A DNA stretch of 64,000 nt from an uncultured Nitrososphaerales archaeon. Lineage in GTDB: Archaea; Thermoproteota; Nitrososphaeria; Nitrososphaerales; Gagatemarchaeaceae. Every line of letters begins with the position of its first letter. Position 1 is the first letter of the stretch. Location: contig OY970160.1 of NCBI GenBank assembly GCA_963706445.1, positions 928,001 through 992,000 of the forward strand, given 5' to 3'. Both the position numbers and the translations under genes were made by a program. This document shows, in pieces, positions 57,099-64,000 of this stretch. The notes beneath the pieces are model-generated. The model had not been told where the DNA came from, made no database searches, and worked only from the letters and a program-made list of their open reading frames with translations.

Positions 57099-58010
57099 TT
57101 GGATGAAAGCACGCCCGGAAGCGCTGATTTTGAGGCCCTGAGGCAGAAGAGCATAGCAGCCGCCGAGGCGACAATTCGCGAGGCCTCGTCCAGGCCCGAC
57201 CTGCATCTCGTCCAGGCGATTCAGGCGCTGGATGACACAGACAAGTACCTGAACATCACCGCAACGAGGGCATCCGAGTGGTACGGGCTCCACTTCCCGG
57301 AGCTCACTCAGATGATTCAGGACAACAACGCACTTTGCAAGATCATTTCTGAAATCGGAGGCAGAGATGGGTTCTCCAAGGAGAAGCTGGCGGGGAGGGG
57401 TTTCACCGACAAGAAGATGGAGGCGATCATTGAAGCGAGGGACAGGTCGAAGGGCGGGACCATCTCCGATGGTGACCTGGGTAGGGTCAAGGCATTGGCA
57501 ACCCTGGCAATCCAGCTCGGGTCCATTAGGGACGGTCTGAACGGCTATATTGAGAATCAGATGAAGAAGGTCGCCCCCAACGTCTCCGAGGTGGCAGGCT
57601 CCACCATCGGGGCGAGGCTCATGGCGAAGGCGGGGGGCCTTGACAGGCTCGCGGTCCTCCCGGCCAGCACCATCCAGATACTGGGAGCTGAAAAGGCGCT
57701 CTTCCGCTCTCTGAGGACAGGGGCGAGGCCCCCGAAGCACGGCATCCTATTCCAGCACCAGGCGGTCCACATGGCCCCGAAGTGGCAGAGGGGGAAGATC
57801 GCGAGGACACTGGCCAACAAGATAGCAATAGCGGCCCGGGTCGACTATTATCGTGGGTCCGAAGAAGCTTCGATTAAGGTGGCCTTGGACAAGAGATTGG
57901 AGAGCATCAAGGAGAGGTACAAGGAGCCGCCTCAGCGCAAGCCCGATGGGAAAGGGGCGCCTCGCCGAGAACGGAGGCCCTTCAGGCGCGACAAGCCGCG
58001 CCGAAGATGA
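57099..58010 (+). CDS. nop5: C/D box sRNP protein Nop5 (Nop56/58), short N-terminus
   Basis: EWYGLHFPEL, PASTIQILGAEKALF, PPKHG, RGKIAR. Confidence 0.93.
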   Translation: MDESTPGSADFEALRQKSIAAAEATIREASSRPDLHLVQAIQALDDTDKYLNITATRASEWYGLHFPELTQMIQDNNALCKIISEIGGRDGFSKEKLAGRGFTDKKMEAIIEARDRSKGGTISDGDLGRVKALATLAIQLGSIRDGLNGYIENQMKKVAPNVSEVAGSTIGARLMAKAGGLDRLAVLPASTIQILGAEKALFRSLRTGARPPKHGILFQHQAVHMAPKWQRGKIARTLANKIAIAARVDYYRGSEEASIKVALDKRLESIKERYKEPPQRKPDGKGAPRRERRPFRRDKPRRR

Positions 58011-58660
58011 CATTCCTGCTGCGGGAAGAAAAAAGGGGGAGGACTGCCCTCCTGACGAAGAATCTCACTCCAGGTAAGAGAGTCTACAACGAGGACCTGG
58101 TGATCCGGGACGGCCAGGAGTTTAGGACCTGGGACCCCTTCAGGAGCAAGCTCGCGTCAGCGATCATCAAGGGACTCCCGGCCGATGTTGTCCGAGAGGG
58201 TGCAAATGTGCTCTATCTTGGGGCGTCGACGGGGACAACGGCTTCCCACGTCTCTGACCTCGTCGGGCCAACAGGTTTGGTGATAGGAGTGGAATTCGCC
58301 CCAAGGGTTGCGAGGGAGTTCGTGGAGCACGTGGCTAGAGAGAGGAAGAACGTCATCCCCTTCGTCTCCGACGCAAGGGACCCTTCCAAGTATGCCATAG
58401 CCAAGGTGGACGTGGTGTACTGCGATATCGCACAACCAGACCAGACTGAAATCGCCGTAGAGAACTGCACTAAGATGCTGAAGCCCGGCGGTGCCCTCCT
58501 CCTGGTGGTGAAGGCGAGAAGCATCGACGTCCTGAAAGACCCAGGGAGGGTCTATACGGAGGAGAAGGCCAAGCTCGAAGGCGCGGGGTTCAAAGTGCTG
58601 AAGGTCGTCGAGCTCAGCCCCTTCGAGAAAGACCACGCACTAATCCATGCTTCACGCTAG
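58007..58660 (+). CDS. flpA: Fibrillarin-like 2'-O-methyltransferase
   Basis: WDPFRSKL, LYLGASTGTT.SH, DIAQPDQ, KARSID. Confidence 0.95.
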   Translation: MTFLLREEKRGRTALLTKNLTPGKRVYNEDLVIRDGQEFRTWDPFRSKLASAIIKGLPADVVREGANVLYLGASTGTTASHVSDLVGPTGLVIGVEFAPRVAREFVEHVARERKNVIPFVSDARDPSKYAIAKVDVVYCDIAQPDQTEIAVENCTKMLKPGGALLLVVKARSIDVLKDPGRVYTEEKAKLEGAGFKVLKVVELSPFEKDHALIHASR

Positions 58661-59307
58661 AACGAATCGAGAAGGCTCTGTTCGAGGTTCAGCCAGGTCT
58701 TCCAGCTCTTCCTCACATAGCTCGGGAGCGTCTCACCGACCTTCATCCTGTTCACAAAGAAGGCCCTGGTCTGGGGGTCGGACGGGTACCCCGAGCCGAA
58801 GTCTCCGTGTTCGTCCCTGAGCATCTCCACGGCCCTGTCCCTCTGGACTTTGGCTACGATGGAGGCCGCAGATACCGCGGGGTAATCCCTGTCCGCTTTG
58901 TGATGGGCGGCGACCCTGCACCCCCTTCCTAGATTGGCCAGTATATCGTCCCGGAACCGCTTCGGCAGAATGTCAGAGGCGTCAACCGTCACCTTCTGGG
59001 CCCCCAGGTTGTCTATAACCCTGGCGAAATAGACCGCCTCGAGGTAGTTGAGCTTACGGAGCCTCCGCCCCTTGGTGACCACTTCGTCTATCTCCTGCGG
59101 TGGTATCCCCTCCCAGTGGACTTGTTTGGAGATTCGAAGAATCTCTGGGTGCATCGCCTCCCGCTGTGAGGGGGTGAGCTTCTTGGAGTCCCTTACTCCA
59201 ATTTCCTTCAGCTCCTTGAGCCCGGCTGAATCGACCGACACTCCTGCGACGACCAACGGCCCCAGGAGGCAACCCCTACCGGCTTCGTCGACCCCACCGA
59301 TAATCAG
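58657..59307 (-). CDS. rnhB: Ribonuclease HII
   Basis: (M)IIGGVDEAGRG..LGP, DSKKL, KAD, AASIVAK, GSGYPSD; CTG start at 59307 (alternative CTG at 59322). Confidence 0.95.
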   Translation of the reverse strand: MIIGGVDEAGRGCLLGPLVVAGVSVDSAGLKELKEIGVRDSKKLTPSQREAMHPEILRISKQVHWEGIPPQEIDEVVTKGRRLRKLNYLEAVYFARVIDNLGAQKVTVDASDILPKRFRDDILANLGRGCRVAAHHKADRDYPAVSAASIVAKVQRDRAVEMLRDEHGDFGSGYPSDPQTRAFFVNRMKVGETLPSYVRKSWKTWLNLEQSLLDSF

Positions 59308-59318
59308 GCCGCCGCGGT

Positions 59319-59867
59319 TCAGACCTTGGGCCCCCCGACTGCCTTGAGGAGCAGCTCACCGACCTGTTCGGCGACCTCTTCCCTCGTCTCTACGGTCAGA
59401 GGGAAGGTAGTGTCAGCTTTGGCCCAGAGCTCGTTCAGAAGGTCGTCGTCCAGGCGCTCGTGGACCACGGCGAGGAGCGGCTTTCCCGAGTCGATGCATT
59501 TCCTGATCCCCCTCCTGAACTCTGGGCTGATGAGCTCCATGGGCCCGACCTCGTCGATGACGATGAGCTCCGATGAATTGGCAGCCGCTTCAAGGCCCGC
59601 CGCCCCTATGCCTGCGAGGTCGGTGAGGTTGACCCTGTACCTCCCCACCCTCGGTCCGACCCTGTTCGCGGCTGACGCGAGCTCTCCGGTCCTCCCAGAC
59701 GTGAGGTCGCGTATCACGAACCCGACCCTGGCCCCGCCCTCCTTCTTTTCCGAAGTGGTGCACCCCCCTACTATTACCCCGGCGCTCTTCAGCTTCATCA
59801 CGACCCTCGAAACGGCAGTCGACTTCCCTACCCCCGGCGGGCCGGTGACGAGCCAGATTGCAGTCAA
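59319..59867 (-). CDS. Nucleoside-triphosphatase (THEP1 family)
   Basis: TGPPGVGKST, R.GF, VGRY.V, IDEVGPME; TTG at 59867. Confidence 0.92.
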   Translation of the reverse strand: MTAIWLVTGPPGVGKSTAVSRVVMKLKSAGVIVGGCTTSEKKEGGARVGFVIRDLTSGRTGELASAANRVGPRVGRYRVNLTDLAGIGAAGLEAAANSSELIVIDEVGPMELISPEFRRGIRKCIDSGKPLLAVVHERLDDDLLNELWAKADTTFPLTVETREEVAEQVGELLLKAVGGPKV

Positions 59868-59895
59868 GTCGGGGCCCGCTCGGCTCGCCGAGTAG

Positions 59896-61140
59896 ATGAA
59901 GGTAGCACCGGGGGAGAATCGTTTAACAGCGGAACCCCTGCGCCGCGAACTGACCGTGGTACCAGCCAAGCACATGGAGGGAATGACGCGCCTCCTCGTC
60001 CCAAGGGTGAGCCTGACGAAGGACCCCCCTCCGACCTCTCCTGTTTTCTTCAATCCAGCTGCCTCACTGAACAGGGATGTCAGCGTCGCCATGGCGTCTG
60101 CCCTGGGGACGAAGACCTTCTGCGACTCGATGGCAGGGGTAGGGGCCAGAGGACTCCGCCTGGCCAACGAGGTGGAGAAAGTGGAGAGGGTGAGCCTGGT
60201 GGATTTCAACTCGGCCGCCATGAAGCTCGGCCGGAAGGCCGCCTCTCTGAACCACGTCGTCCGAAAATGCGAGTTTGCAGTCTCTGAAACCTCCTCCTAC
60301 CTCTACTCCAGGTTCGGCAGGGACGCCAGGTTCGCCGGAGTGGATGTGGACCCGTTCGGGAGCCCGGTCCGTCAGATCCCGGGGGCGCTGTGCGCAACCG
60401 CGGACGGAGGGGTGTTGTCTATCACCGCTACCGACTCCGCTGTCCTCTGCGGCTTGTACCCGAAGGTGTCTGTCCGCAGGTACGGCGGGATGCCGCTGAA
60501 CAACCACTTCCGCCACGAAACCGCGATAAGGGTCCTAGCCGGCTCGGTGGCAAGAAGCGCGGGGGCAAACGACATCGGAGTTGAGCCCATCGCGTCCCAT
60601 TCAACCAGGCACTACCTGAGGCTCTACTTCAGGGTCAGAGCGGGGGCGAGCAAGGCGGACGAATCCCTCGGGAAACTTGGGTACCTGTTGTGGTGCCCGG
60701 CCTGCGGACACACTTCGACTGCGCTCGGCGCGGTCCCTGTGTGTGCCAGCTGCGGGAAGAAGGCAAAGTTTGCCGGCCCTCTTTGGACAGGCCCACTGAC
60801 GGACTCGATGGTCCTGGGGGCGGCGCGGAAGGCGGCGGTCGGACGGGGTCTGATGAATGCTGCTGATATCTTCGGTGGACTGGAGGGCTTCGATAATTAT
60901 CCTCCATGGAGCTACAGTATCGAAGGGATCTGCTCCGCCTTGGGGATGGCCACCGTCCCCGAATCGTCCGTCTACAGAAGCCTCAGGGAAGCGGGTTTCT
61001 CGGCGATGCGGACCCCGTTTGAGAAGACAGGGCTCAAGACAGTTGCCAGTCAGGAGGAAGTGGTATCCGCTGTGAAAGACAGCGTTGGGCGGAAGGACGA
61101 GGCGGAGACTGCACTCCCTAGGGCACGGGCTGCACCTTGA
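59896..61140 (+). CDS. trm1: tRNA (guanine-26-N2)-dimethyltransferase
   Basis: PVFFNP...NRD, DVDPFGSP, TATD..L.G, Zn ribbon, GPLW.G; true start may be 59950 or 59956. Confidence 0.93.
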   Translation: MKVAPGENRLTAEPLRRELTVVPAKHMEGMTRLLVPRVSLTKDPPPTSPVFFNPAASLNRDVSVAMASALGTKTFCDSMAGVGARGLRLANEVEKVERVSLVDFNSAAMKLGRKAASLNHVVRKCEFAVSETSSYLYSRFGRDARFAGVDVDPFGSPVRQIPGALCATADGGVLSITATDSAVLCGLYPKVSVRRYGGMPLNNHFRHETAIRVLAGSVARSAGANDIGVEPIASHSTRHYLRLYFRVRAGASKADESLGKLGYLLWCPACGHTSTALGAVPVCASCGKKAKFAGPLWTGPLTDSMVLGAARKAAVGRGLMNAADIFGGLEGFDNYPPWSYSIEGICSALGMATVPESSVYRSLREAGFSAMRTPFEKTGLKTVASQEEVVSAVKDSVGRKDEAETALPRARAAP

Positions 61141-61726
61141 TGCCCTCACAGTAGTAATACAACTCGGAGCTTGCGTTCCTGCTGGCCGCCGGCTTCACTG
61201 TCCTGACTGATGCGAACGTGTTCCTGAAACGGTCCCTCACCTCCTGAGACCGATCCCCCTCGAAGAGTTTGCAGAAGACCCCCCCGGTGGGCTTCAAGAG
61301 CTCTGGGGCCAGGTCGAGGACGTGCAGAGTGAGCTCGACCTGTCTTGTCTGGTCGAGTTCCCAGACCCCCGAAACCGTGGGGGATAGGTCGGACAAGATG
61401 ACGTCAGCCTCTCCACCCATCACCTTCCTGAGCATGACGGGGAGACCTGAATCGTAGACGTCGAGCTTCAACGCCACCACATTTGGGAGCTTGAGCCTAA
61501 TGGGGCTGAGGTCGACCCCTACCACGATACCACTCGGACCGGCCAACTCCGACGCGACCTGGAGCCACCCCCCGGGAGCCGCACCCAGGTCGATGACCCT
61601 GTCCCCATCCTTTACGATGTGGTATCGCTCGTCGGCTTCTATGAGCTTGAAGGCAGCCCTGCTCTTGTAACCCTGTTCCCTCGCCAGGCGCCTGTAGAGG
61701 TCGTGCCTCGCCTCATTGAGCCTCAT
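61118..61726 (-). CDS. rlmE: 23S rRNA Um2552 methyltransferase (RlmE/FtsJ)
   Basis: YKSRAAFKL, DLGAAPGGW, SD, K, KP.ASR..S.E; ATG at 61726. Confidence 0.95.
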   Translation of the reverse strand: MRLNEARHDLYRRLAREQGYKSRAAFKLIEADERYHIVKDGDRVIDLGAAPGGWLQVASELAGPSGIVVGVDLSPIRLKLPNVVALKLDVYDSGLPVMLRKVMGGEADVILSDLSPTVSGVWELDQTRQVELTLHVLDLAPELLKPTGGVFCKLFEGDRSQEVRDRFRNTFASVRTVKPAASRNASSELYYYCEGIKVQPVP

Positions 61727-62130
61727 CTCTTCGCGAGCCCGGGGGGGTTGAAGTGCTCGGGGAGCAGAGATGAAGCAGTCCCGTCTTCGGAGAACCCGTC
61801 CAGACCCCGCCTCAGGACCTTCATATTCGGATTGAACTCCACCATGACCTGCCTGCAGGCGCCGCAGGGCTTCGTGAAGTCCTCTGACTTGCCTACCACG
61901 GCGATCGCGAGTATCCTCTTCGCACCCTCGGAGACGGCCTTGAAGATGGCTGTCCGCTCGGCGCAGCATGCCAGCCCATAGGAGGCGTTCTCGATGTTGG
62001 CCCCGGTGTAGATTGAGCCGTCAGCAGTGAGGACGGCGGCTCCTATCTTGACGCGCGAGTATGGCGAGTACGCCCTAAGCCTTGCCGCCTTGGCTGCCTC
62101 CACTAGGGAATCGAGCTTCTTCGGGGCCAA
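61723..62130 (-). CDS. cdd: Cytidine deaminase
   Basis: YSPYS, GANIENASY, CAER, PCGACRQ. Confidence 0.96.
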   Translation of the reverse strand: MAPKKLDSLVEAAKAARLRAYSPYSRVKIGAAVLTADGSIYTGANIENASYGLACCAERTAIFKAVSEGAKRILAIAVVGKSEDFTKPCGACRQVMVEFNPNMKVLRRGLDGFSEDGTASSLLPEHFNPPGLAKR

Positions 62131-62141
62131 TGGCTACGACC

Positions 62142-62654
62142 TTAGCGGACAGAAACCGGGGCTGCCTGGGGGACCTGGGTCCTGTCCGCCCTCATCTCTT
62201 CGATGACCCACGGGCCGATCCACGGACAGACGTAGGGGCTCACCTCGCCGTCAATCGAGCACTTCGACTCGTACTGGCAGATTATGCACGGAGCCTTTTC
62301 GATGGAGGCCATGTTGGTGGGGAAGCGCAACGGTGTCAGTTTGTAGGTCCACCTGCCCTCCTCCAGAACCTTCACCCTGCCGATCAGGCCCCTGCGTTCG
62401 AGCCTTATGGCGAGCCGGGAGCCGTCCCTGCTTGTCAACCCCAGCTCCTTCCAGATCTCGCTCTGCAGGACCCCGTCCCGACCCCGCTCTACAACGAGCT
62501 TGTAAACGCGCGAGGTAAGGTCGACGAGCTCCTCTTCTGTCCGCTCAACGGGTTCCTGAGGAACCTCCTTCTTCGGGGCCCTAGGCTTCGACTGCTTCGG
62601 CTGCGTCTTGGCTGGCTTCGGATTCTGCTTGGACCCCTTCGGTTTCTGCTTCAT
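62142..62654 (-). CDS. tfeB: Transcription factor TFE beta (RPC34/RPC39 homologue, wHTH + Fe-S)
   Basis: GVLQSEIWK.L wHTH; C-x2-C-x5-C-x10-C; downstream of tfb and gar1. Confidence 0.8.
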   Translation of the reverse strand: MKQKPKGSKQNPKPAKTQPKQSKPRAPKKEVPQEPVERTEEELVDLTSRVYKLVVERGRDGVLQSEIWKELGLTSRDGSRLAIRLERRGLIGRVKVLEEGRWTYKLTPLRFPTNMASIEKAPCIICQYESKCSIDGEVSPYVCPWIGPWVIEEMRADRTQVPQAAPVSVR

Positions 62655-63598
62655 TTGGTTGGCAGGAACTCCTGTCGGATGACGAAATTGTCGAGTATTT
62701 CACGACATCTGTTCCTGACGGTGACTTCCGTCACTTCGGCGACCTCGGCCACCTCCCTCTGAGGCAGGTGCTCTCCCACCATGACCGATGAGAGGTAGAC
62801 GTAAGCAGCTGCAAGTCCTGCCGGCGCCTTGCCGCTGGAGATCTTCGAGTCGCTCGTCTTGCGCGACAGGTTGAGGGCGAGGTGCTCGACCCTCGGATCG
62901 ATCTTCGCCATGTTGATCAGCTTGGAGATGTACTTCTCCACCGACGGGGGAGGGATGTACTCCTTTTCCACTTCCTTCAGCACGAGCCTGAAGTATCGGG
63001 CGACGCTCCCCTTCTCCATCCCCGCTGCCCTGGCGACTTCCTTGAGCGTCCGGGACACGCCGCACTTCCTGCAGGCGAGGTAGACCGTTGCCGCCGTCAT
63101 CCCGATGATGGACTTGCTCTTGGCGACCTTCATCTTGGCCGAGGTTCGGTAGATCTGAGCCGCAGTCTCCGCGACATTGTCGGGGAGGTTCAGCGCCTCG
63201 CAGAGCTCGCTTATTTTCGAGAGGACGTTTGATAGCCCCCTTTCTTCGCTGTTGATGGTCCTCGTCCTGCTCTGCCACTTCCGCATCTTCTCCACGGTTG
63301 CCCGCATTGCAGGGTCGAGGTACTTCCCATGGGAGTCCCTCATGGTCCGGCTTATCTCTGTAGAGAGACCGAAGTCGTGAAGCGCAAGCGTCGTCGGTGA
63401 GCCGACCCTCACCCTCTTGTTCTTCTCCTCGAGGTCCATCGCCTTCCATTCTGGGCCCGAGTCGGCCGGGGCCGAGGATACGTAACCGCAGGTAGGGCAG
63501 ACCTGTTCTCCTTTCTCAGAGTCCCCGATCAGCCTATTGCCGCAGACCGGGCAGGAGGTCCTGAAGCCGTCGTCCCTGCTGGTGTTCCAAAGGCTCAA
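62651..63598 (-). CDS. tfb: Transcription initiation factor IIB
   Basis: Zn ribbon, GPEW, two cyclin repeats, VTEVTVRNR. Confidence 0.96.
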   Translation of the reverse strand: MSLWNTSRDDGFRTSCPVCGNRLIGDSEKGEQVCPTCGYVSSAPADSGPEWKAMDLEEKNKRVRVGSPTTLALHDFGLSTEISRTMRDSHGKYLDPAMRATVEKMRKWQSRTRTINSEERGLSNVLSKISELCEALNLPDNVAETAAQIYRTSAKMKVAKSKSIIGMTAATVYLACRKCGVSRTLKEVARAAGMEKGSVARYFRLVLKEVEKEYIPPPSVEKYISKLINMAKIDPRVEHLALNLSRKTSDSKISSGKAPAGLAAAYVYLSSVMVGEHLPQREVAEVAEVTEVTVRNRCREILDNFVIRQEFLPTK

Positions 63599-63602
63599 GG
63601 CA

Positions 63603-63824
63603 CTACCCCTCCAGGAACGCCGGGTCCCCCGGCTTCCCGAACCTGCTGCTTACAACCGCGACAGAAGCATAGGGGGCCCTCACTGGTCCTATCAGTTCCA
63701 CGACCCGGCCCAGCTTCCTTTTTTCTCCGTCGTAGAGGAACACCCCGGGTCTGATTTCCTTCGAAAGCTTGATGATGAGTCGGCCACTCTTGGCCTGGTG
63801 AGTGAGGATGCCGACTTGAAACAA
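63603..63824 (-). CDS. gar1: H/ACA RNP protein Gar1/Naf1
   Basis: G...H...SGRLI, G.V..LIGPV..PY. Confidence 0.85.
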   Translation of the reverse strand: MFQVGILTHQAKSGRLIIKLSKEIRPGVFLYDGEKRKLGRVVELIGPVRAPYASVAVVSSRFGKPGDPAFLEG

Positions 63825-63872
63825 GAGAGTCGAAGGCGGCCTACGTTGGCTTTAAACCTTCTCGGAATTCTG

Positions 63873-64000
63873 TCATCTTTTCCGTCCCGGCTGGGCCTGG
63901 GGCTGCCGCTTCTGCGCCATCCCCCGGACAACGGAAAGCTCTCGAGCGATTTTCATCAGGAGAATCTGTTTCGGGCTCGCTTTGATCACCGAGACGTAGC
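63873..64000 (-). CDS. srp19: SRP19, 3' part (truncated by window edge)
   Basis: Manual translation YVSVIKASPKQILLMKIAREL...*; position upstream of gar1-tfb. Confidence 0.6.
   Translation of the reverse strand, partial: YVSVIKASPKQILLMKIARELSVVRGMAQKRQPQAQPGRKR

Overview
Gene-dense archaeal chromosomal segment, GC-rich by eye. The gene set (TFB, TFE-beta, Rpo6, Alba, rps25e, rps30e, GatDE, Nop5/fibrillarin, Gar1, SRP19, EndA, ATP-dependent ligase, CofCDE) points to a TACK archaeon. My inference is a non-ammonia-oxidising, heterotrophic Nitrososphaerota. Most of the window is housekeeping. I found no rRNA, tRNA, CRISPR array or transposase. Main points: (1) At least six genes lack an in-frame ATG/GTG/TTG upstream of their family-typical N-terminus and appear to start at GTT (rps30e), ACG (cofD) or CTG (rnhB, HerA-like ATPase, MBL hydrolase, a wHTH gene), against a background of very frequent TTG starts. 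(2) A roughly 9 kb block encodes two Tat-exported FAD oxidoreductases (one KstD-like) with a duplicated promoter/signal cassette, a DOMON-like surface protein, a cytochrome b, heme O synthase and TatAC. It is a candidate extracytoplasmic redox chain. (3) A NurA-like/HerA-like pair without Mre11/Rad50 sits next to three similarly built wHTH proteins, and two of the promoters share a TGCGCA motif. (4) Several small genes are missing from the ORF track: rps30e, an AbrB-type protein, a 35-aa peptide and a 31-aa basic peptide. (5) There is a GalT homologue lacking the catalytic His, an N-terminally short Nop5, and two disrupted genes. All family assignments come from motif recognition by eye, not database searches.
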